64,000 nt of DNA from Negaprion brevirostris (taxonomy: Eukaryota), in NCBI GenBank assembly GCA_030324005.1, contig JARDVH010000099.1, positions 53,362,297-53,426,296 of the forward strand. The letters run 5' to 3'. Shown in pieces: positions 35,986 through 48,332 of the stretch. The translations under genes were made by a program, and so were the position numbers. The number at the start of each line of letters is the position of its first letter. Position 1 is the stretch's first letter. The notes under the pieces were generated by a model, which made no database searches, had not been told where the DNA came from, and saw only the letters and a list, made by a program, of their open reading frames with translations.

Positions 35986-36589
35986 CTGTATAATCCTTTT
36001 ATTCCTAACTACTATTCTGTGCAGAAACTAAAATACATTATCAACTACTATCATTATGCATCTGGAAATGTTCCTGATGTTTCTCATTAGTTTTTATGTT
36101 GATTTTCTATCACATTGAAACATTGCAACATGACTAGAGAATGCAATACCTGTGTTGTAAGCAATAAGTTCAATAACAGTTGTAGAACTGGTGAATTTAA
36201 TAATCCCGGGGTGACTAGTCTATGTTCAATGCTACACTTCAAAAGCTGTCTCATTGTAAAACCTTGGTATATCTTCAGTTAATAACAAACCATAACTAAA
36301 TACTAATTCTTTTCTACCTAATATAATTAGTCAGTGCAATAACTGATATAATTAGGAAAGGTTGCTGTCAAATTGATGAGACATCAAATTTCACCAAATA
36401 ACTTTAACTTTGTAACTGTCATTTGGGTGTTAGAAACACATCTCCTCATATGTAGAACTCTGCTTTCCCTCATCTGTAACAGGTAAAATTCACATGGACT
36501 TTAAGGTGTATAGTGGATATAATGTAAAGTATTATGTATGGATTACTGCCCACTCTTGTGTCAGGGGCTAAATCACAATACAAGTTATA

Positions 36590-36780
36590 TCAACAGAAAA
36601 TGCTGGAAATGCCCAGGAGATCACGCAGCACCTGTGGAGGGAGAGAGAGCGGGACAATTAATCTTTCAAGTCGATTACCTTTCATCAGGATAGTCCTAAT
36701 CAAAAGTCTGATGCTACTTGTCTTGCTGCAAGTGCTGTGGGGCTTTTCCAGAATTTTCTACTTCTAATTCAGATTATCAA
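36590..36780. mobile_element. Quasi-palindromic Penelope-like terminal-repeat element
   Basis: Arms AGAAAATGCTGGAAA (36595) and TTTCCAGAATTTTCT (36746). Minus strand contains CTGATGA..GAAA. Confidence 0.6.
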
Positions 36781-37139
36781 ATCTTGTTTCATATGGATTC
36801 ACATTCTAATCCTCCTGTTCTTTGATATTTAAATCATGACTTCATTGCTGACTTTAACCACTTTCTCCCTGTATCTGCTTTGCTAGTGTTTCTAGTAGAG
36901 TCAAGAGTTGGAAGGGCAAGTTATATAAATGTTATAACCTTGTACTGGAAAGACAGCTGTTAGAAACTGTTTCCCCATGGCTGTGGTGTTTACAATTTTT
37001 TCCTTTCATCCAGATTATATTTTGGGATCTCTTATTCCTGTACATTTTCAATCTATTTTTCTCTTATGTAAGATTGTATGATATACCTTTACATTTGTGT
37101 TGTCCTCCTTTTGTAACTGGTTGACATTAATATACAGCT

Positions 37140-37745
37140 CTGTATAGCACATATTCCATCACATGCATGAAAAGTATTTAATTTTTGAAATATTTTCTTC
37201 TGCAGAACTATGCCCCATTGTTACCTCCTCAGTTCTTTTCTCATTGCTTTAAAATTGCCTCTCAATTAATCCTTGCTCTAGTCCATACCACAATATCAAA
37301 CTTAATGACATTATAATCGCTGATACACAGTTTTCTCCAGCCTACAAATTTGCCACTATCTCAAGCTCACTCCCAAATACTAAATCAAGCATGTCTCCCT
37401 CTCTCATTCCCCTTAACCTGCTGCATCAAGAAGCAGTGCTGTATTAACACAATAAATTTGCCTCCTCCTTTTGAAGTATCGGCACCCTCATCTTGCTTCA
37501 ATTTCAAGTAATTGAAATCACCCGAAATTAGTGCCCTCCCCTTCTCTGATGTACTCTTTATTTGCTTGAATAATTCCGTATCATTTTATTTTTCCTTTTA
37601 CCCTGGTGGTCTATAGCAATCCCCAATTAATAATTTGCTTCCCTTGCTGTCGCAGTTTTCCACTTAAATTGACTCAGACCTCCACTCATCTGAGGTTAAA
37701 TCAACTATTTCAATAACTGTCAGATCCTCCCTCACCAACAACACN
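37140..37745 (-). mobile_element. CR1 LINE endonuclease-domain fragment
   Basis: Reverse translation shows, in the expected order, IGDCYRPP (about 37605-37627), GDFN (about 37511-37522), MLDLVFG (about 37372-37392) and SDYNVIK (about 37301-37321). Confidence 0.8.
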
Positions 37746-39585
37746 NNNNNNNNNNNNNNNNNNNNNNNNNNNNNNCTTTCATACATTTTAAACCGCGCTA
37801 AATGAAACTCATATAAAGATAACACTGATGTAAAAGAGCTTACACAGGTTCATTATATTGCTACTAAATATGATAAGACATTTGGTAATTCTCTACTCAA
37901 GTGATGCTTTCTCACTGCTGACATCTCCTTACACACTCAAATAGCTCGAGGTTATTATTTTAAACAGTGTAGCGATGGTTATCAATGGTGTATTATTCTG
38001 ATTAAGGTTTAAGTTGTTGTATATGTATATACATGAATGGTGTAAGAGAAGTAGCTCCTCTAACAGTTAGTATAACTTCTGTAATGGATCCTGTAACAGA
38101 CTTCCAAGATATTTGATCCACTGTCTGTGGTGTGTTTATTAATATTAAATATGCAATTCATTTGCCTCTATTTTCTATATATCATTTAGAAAGGAACACA
38201 AAAAGACCTTCACCATAGGAACTCAATCTTACTTTATTCTGAATTAAGAATTTTAATATTCAGAATAAAACGGCTTACAGTATTATACTTACACATACAG
38301 GTCATACCGTAGATAATGAACAACCTAATATATTAGCACTGCCAACAGTGAGAATGGATTGTGCATTGCAAAGCTACACAGAAAAAAAAACCTAAAATGA
38401 TTAATTTCACAGAACGGGAAACCATAGAAGAGAATGGACAGTAATTTAGCTTTAAATTACATCAGTATCTGTTTGAAACAAAAACGGTTACAGAGAAATA
38501 TCATTAATAACCTTCTTCTTTTCATTTTTATTTAATCAATTTCTATCATTAAAAAAAGTACATGTATATATCTTCCTGGTCCAGTTTACTTAATTAAAAG
38601 AGCTGGATCATAGCTATTGAGGCTGGAACAGTACAAATTCTTTTTGGATATCATATTTTACAATTCTTCTACCTCCTTTGCCATGATGTTTTGCTTTTCT
38701 GCGTGACGCAAAGAGGGAATAATATGGGACACTCAGGAACTGACAAACATTGTCCTCTTTTTAATATCCCCTTACCTCGCCATTGCTAAGGTTATTCATC
38801 CAAGTGCTGTTGGAGCCGTTGCTGAGAATACGCACTAACAGAGCCTTTGCCACTACCTGACGTGAACAAATTGACCTGGTCATGTTACAGTGTAGAATTT
38901 GGCTTGATGGAGGTGGCCAAGAAATTTGGCTTCCTCATTAATTTGCTACGATACTGAACTACCATCTGCTCCTTGCAAACACACAGCTCAGGGATGGCAC
39001 CATTCTGACCTTTCTTGGATCCTCCGATACCCAACCCAGTGGGGTTTTTGGGCAATCTTAAACATCCACTTGGTTAATGTGCTACTCCTTTCAGAGTCTG
39101 ACCCTGTGGAGGACCTTAATTAATGGCCAACATCAAAATTTGATGTAATGCTGTCCACAGTTTTGCGAATATCAGCTGTAGCAAAATTAACAATTGACAT
39201 TCTGATTCAAGAATCCACAATACATAAAAAAGTTTGCTCACCTTTATTAAATATTGCTTTACTAAATGTTACATCATTTTTCTCGCTACCATAAAGTCAG
39301 GTACCAGATCAACGTATTTTGATGTTGTGGAGGCAGTGGCATTAGGTTTTTTTGTGCGCTACACTTCCACATTCTGAAGTGTTCTGGAAAATGAGTTGTG
39401 CATTGATAAAGAATGTCCTAGAATTAATACAATCTGCAGCTGTGTACTTGTTATTGTTCCTTCAATTACATGATGCAGTTTTCTTAAGCCATTGTAACTA
39501 GATTTTAAATGTTACACTTTGTTCACAAACCCTAAGATTTCTATGTAATTGCATCATACAATTGGTAGTTCATCATAAAATTTTC

Positions 39586-39905
39586 ATAGAATAGAATCTA
39601 TACAATGCCAGTCCCATTAAGAGGTCAGTCGGCCCATCGAGCCTGCACTGATCACAATCCCACCCAGGCCCTAATCCCACGTATTTACCCTGCCCGTCCC
39701 CTCAACACAAAGGGGCAATTTACCATGGCCAATCCACCTAACCTAACATCTTTGGACTGTGGGAGGAAACCAGAACACCTAGCGGAAACTCACGCAGACA
39801 TGGGGAGAATGTGCAAACTCCACATAAACAGTCACCCAAGGCCGGAATTGAACCCGCATCCCTGGCACTGTGAGGCAGCAGTGCTAACCACTGTGCCACC
39901 CTGCT
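39586..39905 (-). mobile_element. HE1-type V-SINE, full length, variant tail
   Basis: Complete head and V-domain. The tail carries the unusual GACCTCTTAATGGGACTGGCATTGTA. Confidence 0.93.
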
Positions 39906-40236
39906 GCTGATGTCAGAAGAAAATTGTGAATTTTCTTATCACGGTACACAGTCAAGTACACAATTGCACAAATTTATACTCAAAAATTGCCACCAAATAT
40001 TGGTTGTAAATATGAGTCTGTTGCCTCCCTTAATTTTCGTTAAATTCACAGTTTTCTATTTGTTTTTAGCTGAGTTTGGCATATATCATTAAATGATAAT
40101 GTGGTAAATTTGCCCAGGAAACAAACTTTGAGCTTTAATTTTAGCTCTTATTTAACAAATTGGCAATGTTTATGCATCATAACAGCCTATAACACTGCTT
40201 GTTGGTCATGTATCTACAACTCTGCTTGTTGGTCAT

Positions 40237-40410
40237 GTTTCCTCCCACAGTCCAAAGATGTGCAGGTTAGGTGGATTGGCCATGCTAAATTGCCCCTTTG
40301 TGATGAGGGGACGAGTAGTATAAATACGTGGGATTAGGGCCTGGGTGGGATTGTGATAAGTGCAGGCTCGATAGGCTGACTGACCTCTTAATGGGACTGG
40401 CATTGTATGG
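40237..40410 (+). mobile_element. HE1-type V-SINE 3' half, inverted relative to 39600-39772
   Basis: Same variant tail, GACCTCTTAATGGGACTGGCATTGTA. Confidence 0.9.
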
Positions 40411-42129
40411 GTGCTATGGTCCTCATATAGTCTGTCAGTATCTTGTGAAGAAACTATGTGCATGATTTCAAGAACATACAAGTAAATATGATCCATTTGA
40501 AGCATTTCCATTTAATAATTAGTCAAAAGCAAACCTTTGACTTTAATGTTAGTCTTTCCACCTCTGAGTACGAATGAGGAGAGCTCAAGCCTGTTTCCAA
40601 TGAGTGGAAGATTAATTAATTGTCCCCAATTTTCTTTCCAAAAGACAACTTGAAAGGAGTTTTAATTGTACAAATTTATACTCAAAATGTTATACCAAAC
40701 ATTGGCTTGATAATCAGTGATAGAGTCACATCTGCATAGATGAACTGCAGGCTCAGTGGTAGTTCAACCACATCTGAGTCCCAATCCAGACAGTTCCAAT
40801 GAGCAGAGACAGCCTCTGATTAATGGGGTAACGTCCANNNNNNNNNNNNNNNNNNNNNNNNNNNNNNNNNNNNNNNNNNNNNNNNNNNNNNNNNNNNNNN
40901 NNNNNNNNNNNNNNNNNNNNNNNNNNNNNNNNNNNNNCGTCCATCAGGGGTACTTATGCTAAAGGGGTGTGGGTAGGACCCCTAATGTAAAGCATTAATG
41001 GGCCTCTTTAGCCTGCCTGGGAGAATGTTCACTGAAGATAAGAATCTTGCAGAAGCCACCTTGACTACTCTTTCCTAGTAAGTCTCTCAAATTTCTTGTG
41101 TGAGGCTTGAATTAGGACCTGCCCTAAGGTAGAACACAATGGGTGGAGAGAATAATTACTTTGCGGAATGGAACTTCAATCAGCGTGTGAAAATGTAGAC
41201 TTCAAAATGGTATCTTTTACACATGATTACCTGATGGATGGAAACAATCGGATATTTTGGAATTTGAAAATGCGATTAATTTCTGATCTGAATTTCACCA
41301 GAGTAGAAAGAATTTTAGAATCGGGCAGATATGAAGGAGTCTGGGAGACTGCAATTTTGGCAATCAAAATAAGTTGGTGTATGGAAATTCTGGTCAAGTG
41401 AAGTCAGCGGGGACACAAAGGTACTCATCAATGTAAGTTGGTAAAAGGGATTTTAAGAATAGATGTGATTCGGAAGTAAATTGGCCCAGGTACTTTCTGT
41501 GCTCACATTAACTTTTTGTCCAAAGTCAATTTATCTTCAAAGAGAAATGAATTTGTGGATGATTTCCACACGAAGAAATGTTAAGCAATTTTTGGTTGTA
41601 GATGTGATCACATGTCAGAAATGATGAGTAATTAATAGAGAATGTTATCAAGTTGACCATCAGGACTAGTTGCAGGGTTGGAATATAATGAAGTGGGTCC
41701 AATTATATAATAATGAAAATTGGGTATAGATAATTTGCCTTAAGATCGCCTTCTGTTATGGCTATTATTACATGTTAGAAAGACAAATGTTCCGAGGTTT
41801 GTTTACTCTTCCCATTTCTGCCTTTAATTCTTAGGAATTACTGAAGTTCAGAAATCTGTGCCTATATTTCATGGTGAAAGCGACTTTCTGTACCACTTTG
41901 TGGATCTTCTGTTGACGGATAAAAATCATGAGGGTGATCCTCTCAGCCCATTGCACTGCTTTTGNNNNNNNNNNGGGCTGCGAGACTCTAGTGGAAGCTG
42001 TTTCATGGGCTCCCTACTGATACCACAGCCTCCGTGTGTCCCCTGTAGTTGGATTTCCAGCGCCGTCAGCTCTGTGCTGGAAGTTGGCATGGAGCTGAAT
42101 AAATCATGTAAATCCTGATGTGAATGCAA

Positions 42130-43950
42130 TTTAGATGGCATTAGTGAGCCTGGGACTGAAATCTCTGGACCCACTATCCCCCCCACCCCCCTTGCAGGGT
42201 GTTGGCAGCCTGACCCCCCTGGAGTGAAGGGGGAGCAGGTGAGGCCCGCAGTGGGTCAGGGACTGGGGGGGTAGTGTCCTCTGGGCATTGCCACCTTGGC
42301 CCCCTGGTACTGCCCAAGGGGCAAAATGCCAATGCCCGGGGGGCATCTTGGCACTTGGAATTATTCTGAACCAGGTGCTTGTCATCTAGCCAACCGAGTT
42401 AATTGGCCCACCATGGTCATGTTACGACGACGGAAAGGCATACTGGGTGTGATGCAGAGGTCTACTGCCACCTTTGGAACCATGAGTTAACCTTTTCAGA
42501 AGAGAGGCAACAAAAAAGTTGCTATAAATTACCTCTGCTTCCCATTTATTACTATTACTAGTGAATATGGGGGGAGGCAATTCTCCCCAAAAAATTCGAA
42601 GTGTTGATATTGCGTAAAAACTGGAATAAATCACATTTTCTTTTCAGCAGGATTTTCAAAACGAATTTTCCATACTCTGAGCACTGAGGAGCAGACAGCA
42701 TCGATAAGCACAGCTGCTGAAAGTGGTGAGAGAGACCAACACTGTGTTGTCTGTCTCTCTTTTGTGCTTGCAGAAGCAGAGGCTGCACAATGATAGGGAG
42801 AGGACTTGCTCAGGGGACGAATACACCAGCTAACCATTCTCACTGCAATGGAGGAGGTGGCAGTTGATATCGAGACAATGGCATCTCATGAAAAAGTGAG
42901 TGATATACAGATACGAGCACTAGGAGGAGTGGGTGAAAATGAATTCTGTAGATGAAGGGCATGGAGTGCTCACCTCTATCTGACAACAGACCAAACCTTC
43001 TGCTGCAATGGGAAGCCTCAGCTCTGCTTAGGCTTTAAACATCAGAGGAAAATCCTCCGGATCTCCTCTTCCTTCCGCCTCCCAAAGGGCTGGTCGGGGA
43101 CAGGAGCAGCCCCAATGCTGCAGAAACATCACCAGGGTCCTCTGAGGAGATGGAAGTCACAGAGCTAGCACTGTCACAGCATTCAAGTGCTTCTTCCACC
43201 AACCCAGATAAACTCACATCAATGCGTCCTCAAGGATGGTTAAAAAGGGCAGCACTGGGGGGAAAGCATGTCACAAGTGAGAAGGAAGAGGTGAGAGAAG
43301 CAAAGGTAACTGTGGGCTGTCAATCTTGGGGGAAAGAGGGCATACACAGCCTTGGGGGATCACAAGCAAGTAGTACTTTGGCTAGCAGCATGAGATGTGT
43401 GTCATGAACTAAGAATGGAAGAATCCATTCAGTGACCTGCACCATTGTGGCTCACACATGAGCTCCTCCATTGAGAGTGTGACCAACCTGACGGAAAGTT
43501 ATATGCAGCAGCACCGAGTGGATGCAGGACGATATACTAGCATTCACAGAACACATGTCATGTTGAACAGTCAGTGGTAGTGATGGCATAAAGATGCATG
43601 GAGTGGTTGGTGGTTGACCCCTCTAGCAATCCAGAGTGTCATCAAGGGGCTGAGACTGTTTTCTAGGAGGATAAAACTTCCATCTTTCATGTAGCATCAT
43701 CAACATTGATCTTCTTAGTCCCTCTGACTGAGGAACCATCCATGCAGCAAAGCTCTGTGATGGAGGCTGCCCCTGCATTGACACTGGCATTGAAGCTCTT
43801 GGAAGTGCTCCCTCCGTTACCTCCACAATGAGGATGATTGCCACAGGTATCTCTGCCTCAAGTAGACTGGAGGCTGCCTCCATTTTTTCCATGGCCATAA
43901 GGGGAGCACTGCATGGAAGTGACCAAGAGTAAAGTCTTCATTTGCATCTG
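42130..43950 (+). mobile_element. Decayed PIF/Harbinger-like element with a Myb/SANT-type accessory gene remnant
   Basis: Exon-like segment 42774-42895 (TTGCAG|...|GTGAGT) translates, with one frameshift, to KQRLHNDRERTCSG/RIHQLTILTAMEEVAVDI, resembling the region after the SANT domain of Harbinger accessory proteins. A Ser/Thr/acidic low-complexity ORF follows at 43150-43407. Confidence 0.5.
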
Positions 43951-44074
43951 GATAACTTCTTTTCGTGGTAGTGTAAGTTGTTATTTTCTAAATTATATTG
44001 GAGATGTTGAGCCATGCTCTTTAACATGTGAGCTTCCATTCTTTAATGGCAAAACCAGTGAGGAGGAAAGTCAT

Positions 44075-44325
44075 TGGTGGCACAGTGTTAGCAGGGACCT
44101 GGGTTCGATTCCTGGCTTGGGTCACTGTGTGGAGTTTGCACGTTCTCCCTGTGCCTGTGTGGGTTTCCTCCCACAGTCCAAAGACATGCTGGTTAGGTGA
44201 ATTGGCCTGCTAAATTCTCCCTCAGTGTACCCGAACAGGTGCTGGAGTGTGGCAACTAGGTGATTTTCACAATAACTTTATTGCAGTGTGACTGTAACCC
44301 TACTTGTGACTAATACATAAACTTT
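44075..44325 (+). mobile_element. V-SINE, type B tail
   Basis: GGGTTCGATTCCTGGCTTGGGTCACTG, V-domain and CTCAGTGTACCCGAACAGG tail. Confidence 0.9.
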
Positions 44326-44724
44326 ACAAAAAAATCTTTAGTAGTGAAGGGAAGCCATGGTCTTTGAATGGAAACACACTTTGAAAAATACATGCATGCA
44401 TTATCAGTAAGAATGTACTATTTTGCATGTTCCTCTCCCTCCACTTAATTGTAGTGATCTAATCTTGACCCTATTTGAGGCCCACATTTCTCTGGAGGGC
44501 CATCAGAAAATCAGTAACTGCACTTGTTGAGTTCGTGGTGTGATTTCTTTTATTCTTAATTCTACCTGTTCATTCATTTCCCGATGAACAAATGACTCTA
44601 TTTAGTTATATTTTTAAAAAGATTATTTCTCTCTGTCTTTGTTTGCCACAACGTCCCATCATCCATCTAATCCTGCAGTGTTCCCATTGGTCTTGGGTTA
44701 ACTAACCAATACTGACATTTTCAA

Positions 44725-45500
44725 CTGTTAAAGAAAAAGAAGCTACAAGTAGCGGGAATCTAAAATTAATGCTGCAGATATGCAGCAGGTAATTCACTCT
44801 ATGTGAAGGATAAAAGTGGGTTAATATTTCCAGCTCTCTGTCAGAACTAACAGCTAAAAAAACAAGAAAAAAAACTTCAAGTAAGGATATAAAATGCAAA
44901 GAAAAGAGAAATCTGACTATTGAAAGGACTGAATGGCTTTCAAATTGTTAAGCAGAAACTGTCAGATAATATCATAGAACCTCTATAGTGCAGAAAGAGG
45001 GCATTGGGCCCATCAAGTTTGCACTGACTCTCAGACAGAGCATATTACCCAAGCTGTATTCCCGTAACCCCATGTATTTACACTAATCCCCCTAACCTAC
45101 ACGTCTTTAGACACTAAGGGGCAATTTATGATGTCCAATCCACCTAACCTGCTAACCTTTGAACATAAAAGATGTAAGTGATGGGAAGACATTAGACACA
45201 AAATACTGTTCATGTTGTTCAAAGACTTAAAGGACATGGGGGTGGCCCAAACACATAAAATTGCTTGGAGGAAGGCCGTTTATCAAGTAATTTGCAACAG
45301 GATTGAAGATGAAATTTAGGTCATTCCTTGAAAGAAACAGGCAAAGCCTTTGGTGTAGACCCTTACCAGCGTCCAGGAGAAGGATGTGACCATGTTCCTT
45401 GAGTTGAACTTGATTAAAATAACATGTAAAGACTGAGATGCCAGAGTCAGAGATGAAGTAGGGGAGTTAATGGAGAAAAATGGCCATCTAATCTGCATTT
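44725..45500. mobile_element. Penelope-like element remnant, interrupted by a V-SINE
   Basis: Terminal-repeat-like segment (GGAATCTAAAATTAATGCTG...GGGTTAATATTTCC...TCAGAACT) related to 36590-36690, followed by A/G-rich decayed sequence. Confidence 0.4.
44972..45155 (-). mobile_element. HE1-type V-SINE 3' part
   Basis: ATCATAGAAC..AGTGCAGAAAGAGG tail and CCAATCCACCTAACCTGC. Confidence 0.8.
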
Positions 45501-45539
45501 GGATATAGGATCATAATCTTAAAATGTCCTGATATCACA

Positions 45540-46270
45540 AAAGGTTTGACAGGCTAAGAGAAAACTATCAAAACTTTGCAAAGATACTGAATGTACAACT
45601 GGCAGGTGTAATTTAATACAGATAAATGTGAGGTAACAGACTTTGGAAGAAAATATAAGAAAGATCACTAACCAAAATGTTTTTAAGGATGTGGATACAC
45701 AGAGAAATATACACATTTAAAAGCACTCTTGTAAGTACTAGGGTAAGCAAATAAAGTTGTTTCAAAAACTGATAGTATTTGGGGTTTTATCAGTAGGGTA
45801 TTAAAGGCACAAGAGTAATGCTTATTTTATACAAACCACTGATTAGACCACTACATAGTAGCACTATGTAAAGTTTTGGACACCTCCTAACAGTAAGAAC
45901 ATTAAAACAATAGCATATGTACAGTGTGCATTCTCAAGGATAGTAGGAGGGATGAGAAACTATTGTTGTGAGATGAAATTTGAGATATTGGGATTATTTT
46001 CACCTTTTAAAAAATTCCTTTGTGGGACATGGGCATCACTAGTTGGCAAGCATTTATTGCCCATCCCTAATTGCCCTTGGAAGGCAGTTCAGAGTCAACC
46101 ACATTGCCATGGCTCTGGAGTCACGTATAGACCAGACCCGGTAGGGAAGCAGATTTCCTTTCTTAAAAGACATTAGTGAGCCAGATGAGTTTTTCTGACA
46201 ATCAACAATGGTTTCATTGTTTCACTGCAGTCGAGAAGGCTGGGAGAAGATTAAATAGAGATTTCTTTTT
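45540..46270 (+). mobile_element. Old CR1 LINE 3' fragment, interrupted by a SINE
   Basis: DKCEV..FGRK, LYKPLIRP and LGLFS-like motifs. Resumes after the SINE with GAGAAGGCTGGGAGAAGATTAAATAGAG. Confidence 0.7.
46010..46225 (-). mobile_element. Second-family SINE 3' part
   Basis: CATTTATTGCCCATCCCTAATTGCCC...GAGTCAACCACATTG...GCAGATTTCCTT, matching 4205-4527. Confidence 0.8.
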
Positions 46271-47451
46271 AAAGTAAAGAGCCAAATTCCTGGCAGAACT
46301 TGTGCAGAGGTTTGGACTGATGCTGGTGGTAAAGCGCCTGGCATTCCTCAGCGCGATTTTAATTCTTGGGCCTCAGCTTCGTGGTATTTGGAGTAGCAGG
46401 AAGCTGTCATAAGAGACCCAAAGAAATGACCCCTGATAATCACATAAGTGGTTCAATGGGATTTGGGTGGGAATTGCGGTCAGTGGAAGTGGAAGAAAGC
46501 CCAGGGCATGGAAAACCCAAGATTTCCTTGTGGGGCCCATGAGGTAATGAAAAATGAAGTTAACTTGCCTTCCTGTGACTTTTTCTCTGGCCCTAGCTCC
46601 TCTTCTTCTCTTGGCGGAGAAACTGTGATATCTTAGTNNNNNNNNNNNNNNNNNNNNNNNNNNNNNNNNNNNNNNNNNNNNNNNNNNNNNNNNNNNNNNN
46701 NNNNNNNNNNNNNNNNNNNNNNNNNNNNNNNNNNNNNNNNNNNNNNNNNNNNNNNNNNNNNNNNNNNNNNNNNNNNNNNNNTTAAAATCAGGTCTTATTG
46801 TCTTGATAGAGAGAATAATAAAAAAAGAAATTCTTTGAACTGGCAAGTGAGTGACATGGAATCATCATTCTACACTGACTGGATTTTGCAATCAGCAAGG
46901 TAACAAGGGTGGATGTTCACCACTCACCTTAAAGAACATGCCCAATTCTTGTGACATGCAATTTTTGTAATGCAGATTCCCAGCCTCGAGGTGCAGCAAT
47001 GTCATCAATGTGTCCAAGTAGCCAATCACATTAGAGAGCTCTCACAGACAGCCAAAAGAAAACAAATAATTTTTAAAATATTACAGGGTTTGAAATAAAG
47101 ATTGGGACATACACATAATGTCAATGTATGAAGTGGAATATCATGGCCAAACATTGTTATTTTTAAAAATTGTTTAACAGACCTTGTAATTAACCATAAT
47201 GGTAACATTTAAGACATTCCACAAATATAAAATGATCTTTTCAGGTTGTTTAGTATTAATTATTGCTCAGATTCCTGTCAATCCAATTGCACCTCATTAA
47301 GCAAAGGTTAACTCTTAATGGGTTTTCCAATAATGATGGCTCAGGGGTGGGACTGGGATGTTGGGGGAGTCCATGATGCACCTGCAGGAACAACCTTCCA
47401 GGAGGCAACCTTCTGATTGGCTACCTCTATCCTTATCATCCTATTGAGGAT

Positions 47452-47580
47452 GGGTGGGGTGAGGTGGGGTGGGGGGGGTGGGGAAGTAGGAGGAAGAGGA
47501 GGGGACGGGGTGGGGAAGGAGGAGGGTGTGGTGTTGGGGGGGTGGGGAAGGACGAGGAGGTGGGGTGGGGTGGGGTGGGG
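47452..47580 (+). repeat. G-rich tract, potential G-quadruplex
   Basis: More than ten runs of 3 or more G, ending in (TGGGG)4. Confidence 0.8.
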
Positions 47581-48080
47581 TGCTGCTCCCTTTGCTGCAG
47601 GTCAAATCACAAGACCCTCAGGCCATCAGTCCCATCAGTAAAGGTAAGCGCAAGGGCATCATAACCTGAAGGCATCCTCAATTGCCTGCAGAGGGAACAG
47701 AAGCTACTGGTGCCATTCACAAAAAGAAGTGAAAACTTCCATCCCCACTAACTCCATGCCTGGTGGGAGGCTCAATCAAAAACCTCTCTGGGACAAAATT
47801 GCCACAAAGTGGGGTTCATTGCATTAATTAGCTGCCAGCCTCCATGAAACAGACAGGTAANNNNNNNNNNNNNNNNNNNNNNNNNNNNNNNNNNNNNNNN
47901 NNNNNNNNNNNNNNNNNNNNNNNNNNNNNNNNNNNNNNNNNNNNNNNNNNNNNNNNNNNNNNNNNNNNNNNNNNNNNNNNNNNNNNNNNNNNNNNNNNNN
48001 NNNNNNNNNNNNNNNNNNNNNNNNNNNNNNNNNNNNNNNNNNNNNNNNNNNNNNNNNNNNNNNNNNNNNNNNNNNNNNNN

Positions 48081-48332
48081 AACAACAGGGCCCCTGGTTC
48101 GATTCCCAGCTTGGGTCTCTGTGCGGAGTCTGCACGTTCTCCTCGAGACTGCGTGGGTTTCCTCCAGTTGCTCTGATTTCCTCCCACAGTCTGAAAGACA
48201 TGCTGGTCAGGTGTGTTGGCCATGCTAAGTTCTTCGTCAGTGCTCCCACAGTGTGATGACTAGGGGGTTTTCACAGTAATTTCATTGCAGTGTTGACGTA
48301 AACCTAGTGGTGACAAAGAAATAAACTTTAAC
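48081..48332 (+). mobile_element. V-SINE, type B tail (5' end in gap)
   Basis: B-box GGTTCGATTCCC, V-domain and TTTCACAGTAATTTCATTGCAGTGTT tail. Confidence 0.88.
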
